Part shown: piece after piece, positions 29,557 to 38,813 of the stretch
How positions within the stretch are numbered: the first letter of the stretch is position 1
Layout: each line of letters begins with the position of its first letter
Origin: Candidatus Velthaea sp.
GTDB taxonomy: Bacteria > Vulcanimicrobiota > Vulcanimicrobiia > Vulcanimicrobiales > Vulcanimicrobiaceae
Length of the DNA stretch: 64,000 bases
Assembly (NCBI GenBank): GCA_965214935.1
Contig: CBDCCS010000003.1
Location: forward strand, 64,001 to 128,000
Direction: 5' to 3'
Translations under genes and position numbers: made by a program
The notes under the pieces: generated by a model
Told to the model about the DNA's origin: nothing
Databases searched by the model: none
Seen by the model: the letters and a program-made list of their open reading frames with translations, nothing else

Positions 29557-31736
29557 CGAACCGGCTCCACGGCAAAATCGACATCTTGCATGAGCCCGGC
29601 ATCCAGCAGGCCGTGAACGAGGCGCACCGCGCTGCGCTCGTTGTCATAAGCGCGGTCGCGTGCGATGCGCATTGTCGGCGGCAGCGTCGTGACGTCAAGC
29701 TGTAGCACGTGCTGACCGGGCCGGGCCGCCGGAAACGAAAAGCGTCCCAGCCGATCGGTGGTAACCGATTCGCCGTCTTCGAGAAACAGCCGGACGCCGG
29801 GGATCGCGCGGTCACCGGGACGGAAACGGCCGCCGTGCACTGCATCGGCGTAGACGTGTCCCGTGATCACGATCCGATCGGAAAGCACGCCGCCGATGAC
29901 GACCGTTGTCGCCGTTGCGCCGGCATTCGCGCGCCGGCCGTCTTTCGATGATGCCGCGACGGAAGCCACATTGATCAGCGATGTTTGCTCCTGTACGCCC
30001 GGAAGCACGACCGCGTCGTAGACGATCGCGTGCTGCGCGCTAAAGCTGCCGAACGTCCACCCGAGGCTGCGCCCGGAACGTTGCGGTTCGACCGGCAGAC
30101 CATCGATGCGGGCCGTGCGCGTCGCGTACGCAACGCCCGGCGGCAGCGCCGCAAGGACGTCCGTTGTTGCTAGTGCGTCGCCCGCGCCTGCGGTGAGGGT
30201 GATGGTGTACGTAAGCCGGTCGCCCGCCGCGGCCACGTTGCGGTCGACGCTGTTGACGATCGCGACGGGCGTCGTTTTAAAGAGCGGCACGTTGGCTTGA
30301 CGGCTGGTAATGTTCTTGAGCGTGACCGGCGCGGAGACCAACGTGAATGAACCGGCGGCGGCCAGCGGCTGACCGTCCGTTGCCGATGCCGTCGTGTTTT
30401 CAAGCGATGCGACAGCCGGCGTGACGACGACGTCGATGCGCCGGTTTAGATAGCCGGCGGCGGAAATGGTCAGCAAATAGTGGGCGGGCGTCGCGGGCGT
30501 ACCAATTTGTTTGCCGCTCAACACGAAGCCGTAAAAGCCCGTTGCGGACGTGAAGCAAGGGTTTGTCGTCGCGGCGGCAAGTGCGTTTGCATCGTTCGCC
30601 GCCGCTGCGTTCGGTACGCGCGAAAACGTCGGCTGTCCGACCGGTACCGGCAAGTTGGTTGACGGATCCAGCAGCGTTACCACCGCACCCGCGACCGGTG
30701 CGCCGGAATCGCCGTCGAAAATCGTGTTTGACGTACCGACAAAGAGCGACGTCGGCGTCGTTGCGACGGGCGCTAGCGAATCGGCGCTGATCTGCGCCGA
30801 ATTGAGAAACGCAAGACCGGGCGCTATCGTCTGACTCACGAGCGCCGAGTACGATAGCGTAACGGTGACGTTCGGCGGCAGCGTACCGACGTCGATCGAC
30901 AGCGTTTGACCGTGCAGCGTCACCGCTGCGCCGGCCGGGCGGCCGTCGATCGTCACGCTGGCAAGAATCGGTGAGAGGCCTTCCGGCAGCGTGTCGATGA
31001 CGATCGTGTTGGTCGCGGCCGCTCCGCCGTAATTTGCAAATGCGAGTTGAAACGCGACGGTCGATCCGGGTGAGATTGAGCTTGCGTTCGCTGCATTGAC
31101 GGTTTGAACGATGTTGCTCGTCGCACCGGACGAGCCGGCGATGACCGGACCGCTTTGAACGACGATCCACTGCTTTGCCGTTGCCGACTGCAGACCGTTG
31201 GCCGATGCGGTGTGCGATTGAACCGTCACGCTTACGGCGAATGCGGTGCCGATCGGAACGTCGGCAGTCGTAACGCTGATCGTAAGCGCGAGCGTGCCGC
31301 CCGCCGCAACCGGCGGCGATAGCGTTGAATTCGCGATGGCGGTTAGCGGGCCGGTCGACGGTACGAAGGCAATGCCGCTAATTTTAGCCGGCCCGGCGTC
31401 GACTTGCGTCACGGTATAGGCGTCGCTGATGTTACCGCCGTTGACGATCGTAAACGTGCGCGTCGCGCTTTGACCTTGCACGACGGCATCCGATGCCGGA
31501 TTGACGGCGGCAGTGTTGGGCGTAAGATCGAGCGCCGCAACATTGGCGACCGTTTCGACGATCGTGTTCGACTGCGCGGTATACAGTAGCCCGAATTGAT
31601 CGGTGTACGAACCGGCAATGGTGTTCGTCAACATGACGCCGCCCGATGTCGCTGCGATTCCGGCGGCCGCCGATGCGGCCGCAAGTAAGAGGACGTGCGC
31701 GATCGTGCGCGCGTGTCCGGCTGCCGAGCGCAACAC
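29553..31736 (-). CDS. Secreted multi-DUF11 protein with C-terminal SdrD-B-like domain
   Basis: Signal peptide; GGVMLTNTIAGSY; PGSTVAFQL...IVIDTLPEGL; AGDRLTYTITL...LPPGV; ITGHVYAD...G...PGDRAIPGVRLFLEDG..VTTD..GRFSF. Confidence 0.75.
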   Translation of the reverse strand: MLRSAAGHARTIAHVLLLAAASAAAGIAATSGGVMLTNTIAGSYTDQFGLLYTAQSNTIVETVANVAALDLTPNTAAVNPASDAVVQGQSATRTFTIVNGGNISDAYTVTQVDAGPAKISGIAFVPSTGPLTAIANSTLSPPVAAGGTLALTISVTTADVPIGTAFAVSVTVQSHTASANGLQSATAKQWIVVQSGPVIAGSSGATSNIVQTVNAANASSISPGSTVAFQLAFANYGGAAATNTIVIDTLPEGLSPILASVTIDGRPAGAAVTLHGQTLSIDVGTLPPNVTVTLSYSALVSQTIAPGLAFLNSAQISADSLAPVATTPTSLFVGTSNTIFDGDSGAPVAGAVVTLLDPSTNLPVPVGQPTFSRVPNAAAANDANALAAATTNPCFTSATGFYGFVLSGKQIGTPATPAHYLLTISAAGYLNRRIDVVVTPAVASLENTTASATDGQPLAAAGSFTLVSAPVTLKNITSRQANVPLFKTTPVAIVNSVDRNVAAAGDRLTYTITLTAGAGDALATTDVLAALPPGVAYATRTARIDGLPVEPQRSGRSLGWTFGSFSAQHAIVYDAVVLPGVQEQTSLINVASVAASSKDGRRANAGATATTVVIGGVLSDRIVITGHVYADAVHGGRFRPGDRAIPGVRLFLEDGESVTTDRLGRFSFPAARPGQHVLQLDVTTLPPTMRIARDRAYDNERSAVRLVHGLLDAGLMQDVDFAVEPVR

Positions 31737-31742
31737 GTACGA

Positions 31743-33905
31743 TCACTTCACCTGAACCAGATAGACAACGGTACCGCTTGCGCCGGCTGCCAGCGACGCA
31801 ACCGAATCGGTGAAGCGGGTCGAGGCTACCGCCGTACCACCCGAGTATCCGCCCAGCGTGCCGCCCGCATCGACGGGCGCAGCATAGAGTCCGTTACTGT
31901 ACGTCGCCCAGTTATTGACGTACGCCGTACCGCCGCTGCCGCCGCTGGCCGTGCCGTTCTCGGTAAAGACCAGCGTGTTGCTGTTTAGCATGACATTACC
32001 GGTGCCGCCCGACGGCGAGACGTTCGTATACGTCAAGGTGTACCGCAGACAATCATTGGGCTTGGCGGCCGTCGCGTTTGCCGTCCAGGTTGTCGCAGCC
32101 GCGCATGTTTGCCCGGCGGCGTCATCGACGGTCTTGACGAGCTTGATGAAACCGCCGACGAAGAAGTCGTCGTGCGTCGTATTGCTCTTCGTATTGTCGT
32201 TACCGGACGTCGCGACGATCGGATCGTCGTACAGTGTGACCGCGTTGAAAGTGGTCGCCGCACCTGACGGCGGCGTCAGAACGACTTTGTAATTGACGGT
32301 CGATCCGGACGGTACGGCGAGCGTTGTGATTGCCGTGCCGCCGACGGTCTGGAATTGCACCGTCCAGCCCGAAGGCAGCGTCGCGATCGTACTCGTGAGC
32401 GTGTAAACGTCGTCTTTATTACCGGTATTTTGCGCGGAGTTCGTATAGGTGATCGCCGCAGCGGCTGCGGGTACGGAAACCGTCGATCCCCAAACCGACG
32501 CCGTCAGATTGCCGCCGTTGGTGTAGCTAATGGCCGTAAAGTCGCTATTGTTGTCCGCGCCGACGGCGCCGGGCTGACCGCTGGGACCATTGAGCACCGA
32601 ATTGCTAACGACCGCTGCGGCGGACTGAACCGAGCCGGCGCCTTGGATTCCGCCGTTGGTGTTGGTGATAGCGGCCGCCGTTTGTGAAGCGGTCGCGCTG
32701 CCGGTGTTGGCCACCGTCTGGAACGTGATGCCGGGACCCTCGATGTAACCCGACTGATCGGCGAAGATCGAGTTGGCGACATCGGTAACGGCGGTCGCAT
32801 TGCCGGCGCCGCTGGCAGCGGAGTTGAGGACCGTGAAGGTGTAGGCAAGCTGCGCTTGGGCGGCGGTAACCGAGTTTTGCGACGAGCCGGGATTGGAAGC
32901 ACCGAACGAACCGGTTATCGCCGACGCCGGGATGAAGACGCCGACGTATGTCGCGCCGGTCGTCGAGGTGGTCCACGTCGTGCCGTTGGTCGAGTAGATG
33001 AACGTCGCGCCCGTCGGTTGATGACCGGCGACGAACGACGGCGTACCGCTCAATGCCAGCGTCGTAGCGGCGGGGAATTGCGGTAGCGCATCGGTGACGA
33101 CGATACCGTTGCCGGTGATTCCGGCACCGGCCGGAAGCCCGGCACGATTGACTGCGACCATCGCCCGGCCACCGCCGTTGTTGTAGTTGACCGTATAGGT
33201 GGTCGTCGTTGCGCCGGGCGTCGCCGCAGTAACGCCGACATCCATCCGCGCATCGGCGATAACGGTATCGCTATAGTTACCGACGGCGCTCGTCGACGTC
33301 GTCTGCGTCGTTCCGCTACCCGCTAATTGCGTGATCGTAGCCGTGAGATCGGTCGTGATCGAACCTGTCGCGTTACCGGCAGCCGAATAGAGAACGCCGA
33401 TGGTGATCGTCCCGGCACTGCTCGAAACAAGAAACGGGGTGCTGCCGGTATTACCGGTCGATAGATACGTATTGACCGCCGCAATCGAGGTGTAGACCTG
33501 TTGCGTTTGGCCCGGCACGTTGACGACGTAGGACGTGAATGTGGCGTTGGCGCTCGTCACGCCGTCATCGGTACTCTGCGTTCCGGTCAGCTGAAAATAA
33601 CCCGAACCGTTACCGGTGTTGGTGAGCGTATACGTATCGGTCATCGCCGCACCGGGGCTAACGGTGTTGTTACCGGGCGAACCCGACGGCGGCGAAATTG
33701 TCAACGCCGGAACGTTTTGGACCGTCGTCGTGACGGTATTGGATTGCGACGAGTAATTCGTGCTGCCGTCGGAATACGTTGCCGTCGATGTGTTGGTAAT
33801 CGCCGTACCGGCCGCCGTCGCTGCCGACGCCGCTTGTTGGTTAACGCCGAAGAGACAGCAACTCGCGACGATCGCGGCTAGGCCGTAACGCTGCGCGGCG
33901 TTCAC
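31743..33905 (-). CDS. Secreted Thr/Ala/Gly-rich DUF11-type protein, candidate major fibre subunit
   Basis: Signal peptide (…AASA); AAGTAITNTSTATY; repeated Ig modules (YTLTNTGN, YTNSAQNTGN.DD.Y); C-terminal KLVKTV...KPNDCLRYTLTYTN...VVYLVQVK. Confidence 0.75.
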   Translation of the reverse strand: MNAAQRYGLAAIVASCCLFGVNQQAASAATAAGTAITNTSTATYSDGSTNYSSQSNTVTTTVQNVPALTISPPSGSPGNNTVSPGAAMTDTYTLTNTGNGSGYFQLTGTQSTDDGVTSANATFTSYVVNVPGQTQQVYTSIAAVNTYLSTGNTGSTPFLVSSSAGTITIGVLYSAAGNATGSITTDLTATITQLAGSGTTQTTSTSAVGNYSDTVIADARMDVGVTAATPGATTTTYTVNYNNGGGRAMVAVNRAGLPAGAGITGNGIVVTDALPQFPAATTLALSGTPSFVAGHQPTGATFIYSTNGTTWTTSTTGATYVGVFIPASAITGSFGASNPGSSQNSVTAAQAQLAYTFTVLNSAASGAGNATAVTDVANSIFADQSGYIEGPGITFQTVANTGSATASQTAAAITNTNGGIQGAGSVQSAAAVVSNSVLNGPSGQPGAVGADNNSDFTAISYTNGGNLTASVWGSTVSVPAAAAAITYTNSAQNTGNKDDVYTLTSTIATLPSGWTVQFQTVGGTAITTLAVPSGSTVNYKVVLTPPSGAATTFNAVTLYDDPIVATSGNDNTKSNTTHDDFFVGGFIKLVKTVDDAAGQTCAAATTWTANATAAKPNDCLRYTLTYTNVSPSGGTGNVMLNSNTLVFTENGTASGGSGGTAYVNNWATYSNGLYAAPVDAGGTLGGYSGGTAVASTRFTDSVASLAAGASGTVVYLVQVK

Positions 33906-34402
33906 CGGACGACAACTTCATAAACGAAGCGGCGCGAGGTGCCGGGCGCAAGCGGGGTGGTGCCGGCCCAGCGAATCGCGGTATAGCTCGCCACGTCGGC
34001 CGGAACTCGACGATCGCCTTGGGCGCTGTGAACGACGCGCGTCGGTGCGGGCGACCAGGTTGCACCGTTATCGAGTGAATACTCGACACGCGCACCGATG
34101 CTCGTGACGCTGCCGGGAAGCAATGTTGTTGCCGCGACGATCTTTCCGGCCGCCGTAAAATTGTGCGCCGTCGCGTCACCGGAGTTTTTTGCATCGATTT
34201 GCCAGCGAATGTGCTCGCCGGGTAACGCCTTGCGCGAGTTAATCGGTACGAGCGTCACTTTGCCGTCGGCAGCATTGCTGACGAAATCGCCACGTAAGCT
34301 TAGTCCGACAATTGGTTTCGCGCTCGCCATCCCGGCCAACGAAACCACTAGCGCCACTGAAAAGAGCACAGCACAAAAACGAGGCATCTCTAAAGCATCC
34401 AT
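33902..34402 (-). CDS. Small secreted single-domain DUF11-like protein
   Basis: Signal peptide (…MASA); ALPGEHIRWQI...NSG...YSLDNGATWS...YTAIRW...LAPG...FVYEVVVR. Confidence 0.75.
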   Translation of the reverse strand: MDALEMPRFCAVLFSVALVVSLAGMASAKPIVGLSLRGDFVSNAADGKVTLVPINSRKALPGEHIRWQIDAKNSGDATAHNFTAAGKIVAATTLLPGSVTSIGARVEYSLDNGATWSPAPTRVVHSAQGDRRVPADVASYTAIRWAGTTPLAPGTSRRFVYEVVVR

Positions 34403-34460
34403 TCCTAGAGTGAGCCGTAACGGTCCGTTGTCGTGTCATGCGGAACGTCACACAGTCGGT

Positions 34461-34487
34461 ATATCGGCAGGGCTGTGACAGACATGA
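34461..34487 (-). promoter_or_regulatory. Putative sigma28 (FliA/SigD-type) promoter for the DUF11 operon
   Basis: Minus strand TCATG-N14-GCCGATAT, 59 nt upstream of the ATG at 34402. Confidence 0.55.
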
Positions 34488-34695
34488 ACCGGCTTGTGTC
34501 GCAACGTAGCTTAGCGTGCACGGTACTTGCGCCGGCGCACGTTAAGTTTGCTCGATCAATGTTTTATTTTGTTAAAGGCAGCTGCGGCTGATTGCAGCGA
34601 GCGCTCTTGCCGGCCGTTACTTTACCGGTGCAGCATACCGCGGAGCAGGGCATCGGGTCAGGTGTCGCGATCGAGGCTTTCTCGTTCGACCCGCC

Positions 34696-36648
34696 GTGTT
34701 GAGCTTTACGCGCTCGGAACGAATATTACGCCAAAAGCTCGCGTCCGAACGGCAACGTCATTGCAGCTGGTGCGCGTTCGCGATGTTTGCGTTCTTGGCA
34801 TGCGGCTTCACGCCCAGCGCCGCATCGGCTGCCAAAACGCCGCCGGCAGCAGTCGTGAACTTATCCGCCTGGTACGATGCAAGCGATAGTTCGACAATCG
34901 GCACGACGTCGACGGCAGTCAGTCAATTACTCGATAAGAGTGGCCATGGCGCGACTCTGGTTCAGCCGGCAAAGTCGTCGCAGCCGGCACTTCTCACCAA
35001 TGGCCTCAACGGACTGTCCACGATCGTCTTCAACGGATACTCGGACTTTTTGTACGGCACGACCGGCTTTCCGACATCGAGTGACTTCACGATCGTCTAT
35101 CTCGGACAGATGTCGGCGGTCAACACCAACAATCTGCTCTCCGACTACTCGACAAGTAACTCGACGTCGCACGCGTTCTGGGGGAATACCGGTCAGACGC
35201 CGTCACTTTATAGCGGCAACGGCGGAGCGTTCGTCAGCAGTCCGAGCGTCGGCTCGGCTTCCTTCATTTGCGTTGCAACATATAACGTTTCGAGTCAATT
35301 AGGAGCCATCTATAACAACGGTACTTCCGCGCCGGCAACGGGAAGCGGCGGCGCCGCTGCGACCGATCCCTCAATCGAAATCGGCGGATTTGCCGGCGCC
35401 CAGTATTTTCTCACCGGAACGTTGGGTGAAGCACTCGTATACGGTCGGGTGCTCACGACGGCGGAGCGTCAATCCATCGAAGGCTACGTTGCCTGGAAAT
35501 GGGGGCTGCAAGCAAATCTGCCGGCCGGACATCCATACGCCGCAGCGCCGCCGCAAAGCTTTACGCCGCTGTCGGTAGCAAATCTTAGTGCTTGGTACGA
35601 CGCCAGCGATGCAACGAGTGTCACGACCGTACCGGGCGTCACGCGTTGGAACGACAAAAGCGGAAACGCGCCGAACCTGACAACCACGGCGCAAGAAAAT
35701 CTCTGGCCCGTCACCGCCGCTAATTCGATCAACGGGCTGACGACGGTTGCGTTCGCCGGCGGGCAGTATCTGGATGCAGCAAGCGGTTTTCCAACCTCGA
35801 GCGATTATACCGTCGCAGCCGTGGCGCAATTTACCGGAGCGGGCTCCAACAATATCTTCTCAGGCTATACCACCGCCGGAACGAGCCACGCTTTGTACGG
35901 CAACAACGTCATGACGCCGACGCTTTGGCAAAACGGCAACGTCGTTTCGGCACCGAGCACCGGGACGGCGGCGTTTCTTGCCGTTGCAACGTCGACGACG
36001 GCGGGTGCGGGGTCGATCTATGTCAACGGCGGAGCGGCTGCGTCTGCGTCTACGGCTAATACGCCGGTGAGCGACGCATCGATAGAAGTCGGCGGTTTCG
36101 CCGGCGCCGCCAACTTTCTTACCGGGAACATCGGTGAAATTTTGGTCTATCACACCGTACTTTCGACCGCGGAGCGCCAGTTCGTCGAAGGCTATCTGGC
36201 CTGTAAATGGGGCCTAACGCTACCGGCGGGACATCCGTACCATGGAAATTGTCCGCTTAGTGCAACGGCTTCGCTGGCGCTCGTGCTGGCCGTGTCGCCG
36301 GCCGGCTCGCAAAGTCCAAATACGGTTCTAACGTACGCCACAACGTTCACGAACTCGAGCGGAACGCTCGTGTATAATCCCGTCATCAACGTCGGAATAC
36401 CGGCACAGACGTACTTTGCGGTCGGCTCGGCGTCCGCTGCGTTGGGCACGACCGGATTGAGTGCAAGTATCAGCTATTCGCAAGACGGCGGATCGACGTA
36501 TTCGTACGCGCCCGTAAGCGGTGCGGGCGGCGCACCCGCCGGTTATGACGGCAACGTGACCAACATCCGCTGGACGATGTCGGGAGCGCTGGGGCCTGCG
36601 CCGTCCGTCGACAGCGGCGGCACGACCTACAACGTCCTCATCAAGTGA
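34696..36648 (+). CDS. Secreted adhesin-like protein: two tandem LamG/ConA-like domains plus C-terminal DUF11-type domain
   Basis: NLSAWYDASD...GFPTSSD...IE.GGFAGA..FLTG..GE.LVY..VL.TAERQ..EGY.A.KWGL..LPAGHPY occurs twice; C-terminus resembles that of 22223..25978. Start uncertain. Confidence 0.78.
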   Translation: MLSFTRSERILRQKLASERQRHCSWCAFAMFAFLACGFTPSAASAAKTPPAAVVNLSAWYDASDSSTIGTTSTAVSQLLDKSGHGATLVQPAKSSQPALLTNGLNGLSTIVFNGYSDFLYGTTGFPTSSDFTIVYLGQMSAVNTNNLLSDYSTSNSTSHAFWGNTGQTPSLYSGNGGAFVSSPSVGSASFICVATYNVSSQLGAIYNNGTSAPATGSGGAAATDPSIEIGGFAGAQYFLTGTLGEALVYGRVLTTAERQSIEGYVAWKWGLQANLPAGHPYAAAPPQSFTPLSVANLSAWYDASDATSVTTVPGVTRWNDKSGNAPNLTTTAQENLWPVTAANSINGLTTVAFAGGQYLDAASGFPTSSDYTVAAVAQFTGAGSNNIFSGYTTAGTSHALYGNNVMTPTLWQNGNVVSAPSTGTAAFLAVATSTTAGAGSIYVNGGAAASASTANTPVSDASIEVGGFAGAANFLTGNIGEILVYHTVLSTAERQFVEGYLACKWGLTLPAGHPYHGNCPLSATASLALVLAVSPAGSQSPNTVLTYATTFTNSSGTLVYNPVINVGIPAQTYFAVGSASAALGTTGLSASISYSQDGGSTYSYAPVSGAGGAPAGYDGNVTNIRWTMSGALGPAPSVDSGGTTYNVLIK

Positions 36649-37361
36649 GCGCAGACGTTATGAAGCGAACTCCCCGAAGCTGCTCTGGCGGCCTTCGGGT
36701 CCGTTCGTGGTGTCGCCCCGGCGATCTGGCACTTGCATCATTGCGCAACGCTTGGCAGCGATCTACCAAGCGGTGCTCGCGCGAAGCCGCAGATTACGAA
36801 CATGCGCCGATTGACGCGCCGGTCCGAAAACATCAAGCAGCCCGATCGACAGCAACTCGTCATAGTAAGTGGGCCGAACTTCACACCGCCCCAACTTGGT
36901 TCGGCGATATTACGCGTTCATGATGTCTTGGGCAGAGCAACGTTCGCGTAATCTTCCGTGGTCTACAATGAGGCGGACGTTTGAGTTTGGGTTTTGCGCT
37001 CTTGCGCAAAACATAACTGAGCTTAATCGGTGCCAGCCGTGTCGCAGAATCTCATACAATTTTTAATAGTGACGGTTTAGGCAGCTCGGATATTATTGCA
37101 ATTTGCGAATGACCGGCTGCGCGCGCCATCGAGCGATTCGCCTCACCCGAGCTATATCAGATTCGTATGTCTATGGACTCAGGCTAGGCCGAGTGTCCGG
37201 CATAAAACGGGAGCTGCTCCTCGCACCGAGTGAGTCTGATGAAGCTCCGCTCTGGTGCCGTTGGTCCCATTTTATTAAGAAGGCACAGATCTTATACTGG
37301 TTTTACCGATTCGTCGCCGTCGCACAATTGCGGCGACCGACACGTATAATTAGGTGTATCA

Positions 37362-37949
37362 ATGGAACAATTTTTAGCGTTAGTCGCTATGAGCCTACTT
37401 GCAGGGATAATACTTGCCGCACTTGCCGTTTGGCTGACGACGACCCGAGGTAACACGATATCCGACGCGGCGGGCAATGGTCGCGATGCTATAAACTTGC
37501 AGTTGCTAGAAAAGCTTAAGCTCGTTTCCGGCGTGCCGATCGTCGCGCTGTACGTTGTTTCGGCGATGTGTGCATTTGCGTTGCCGACATACTTTGTGTA
37601 TGTAAATCGGCTAGAAACACATATCATGCTCCTCGACGGAACATTTGACCAAGCCGCCACAGATCCGCCACCGCAACAACTTTCAGTGTTGCCCGATAAT
37701 TTGCACATATACGGCAATACATTCTCAATCCCAATCGTCGTAACGGATGCAGAGCAGCAATTCGACGTGAGTGCAGGGCAGTCGTATGCGCCGCTCACGT
37801 TGCAAGCATACGTCAATAGCGCCACGCAGTCGGTTTACTATACGCTCAACGGTGCCCGAAAATACGGTCCTTTCAGCATTGTCGGTACTGCTGCGCATGT
37901 GGGTGCCATTCATCTCACTCGCGTACCCGGTAGCATTGGAATGAAGTGA
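37362..37949 (+). CDS. Hypothetical membrane protein
   Basis: Two N-terminal hydrophobic helices then a beta-rich domain; TATAAT and AGGTG upstream; AT-richer codons. Confidence 0.55.
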   Translation: MEQFLALVAMSLLAGIILAALAVWLTTTRGNTISDAAGNGRDAINLQLLEKLKLVSGVPIVALYVVSAMCAFALPTYFVYVNRLETHIMLLDGTFDQAATDPPPQQLSVLPDNLHIYGNTFSIPIVVTDAEQQFDVSAGQSYAPLTLQAYVNSATQSVYYTLNGARKYGPFSIVGTAAHVGAIHLTRVPGSIGMK

Positions 37950-38341
37950 TGAGCAGATTTGCGCAACAACAGGTATGTCAGCAGAGCATGTCATTATTTT
38001 CAATACACCGCGTACGCACAAGAATTCGAACGTCCACTTGTGTCTTGCTTTTCATTAGCTTGTTCACAGCGATAAGCGTCGTAGCGTCTGCGCAAACGTT
38101 GAGCTTATTCGGAAGTCTGCGAAGCGCTAACGGCGCTGAGCCGATCGTAGGAGCAAGACTTTTTGTCCGACAAGGTGCGGCTGAGCCGATCGGCCCGGCG
38201 CTAAGTGACAGTTACGGGCGGTACGCGTTTTACGATATCAGCCCTGGGCGCTATCACCTTACGGTGTATGTCCATGATGCGAAGAGGTGGGATGTTGAAG
38301 TGACTGTACCGGGTGACCTAGCCCCTATCGTCATCCCTTAA
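37946..38341 (+). CDS. Secreted carboxypeptidase-regulatory-like (prealbumin-fold) domain protein
   Basis: Signal peptide; G.L..ANG.EPIVGA.L...SDSYGRYAFYDISPGRYHLTV. Confidence 0.65.
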   Translation: MMSRFAQQQVCQQSMSLFSIHRVRTRIRTSTCVLLFISLFTAISVVASAQTLSLFGSLRSANGAEPIVGARLFVRQGAAEPIGPALSDSYGRYAFYDISPGRYHLTVYVHDAKRWDVEVTVPGDLAPIVIP

Positions 38342-38813
38342 GTCAAGCGTGATCACGTTGTAAGCGGCATTCGAAAACGGCGCAACGCAAGCGTCTAAGT
38401 GAGCTGGCTCAGAGCATCCAAGATGCCTCGCGTTACCGCGAATGTTATTTCGCATAACCCGCAGTGTGGACGTCGGCAAGGCAAGTGTGGTCGAGTTGCA
38501 GCTTGCCTTGTCCTCACGCAGCGCGCAAAACAATCATGGCATGCTTTCAAGACTCGTTAAGGATCAGGCCGGAGACAATTAGTCTTCGAGGTCCATGACG
38601 GAATGCGTGATGCCCGATGGCGACTGCACTTGCATGAAGCTCGAACGAGTGCAGATCGAAACGAGACAGTATCGCAACCATTTTAGCGCGAACGGTCCGG
38701 CTCGCAAAACGGCGATCGGGTCGCAAAGCTCCTGCCTTCATCGACCAAAATCTTCGCCAGGATGACCGTCTTGCTGCGCCGGCTGACCAACTCGTCGCGC
38801 ACGAGATTCGTGT

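Noticed and set aside
22223..36648. Classical chaperone-usher, sortase, type IV pilus or type I/V secretion assignment
   Set aside because: No PapD/PapC signatures, LPxTG motif, prepilin G/F...E motif, RTX repeats or autotransporter C-terminus recognised
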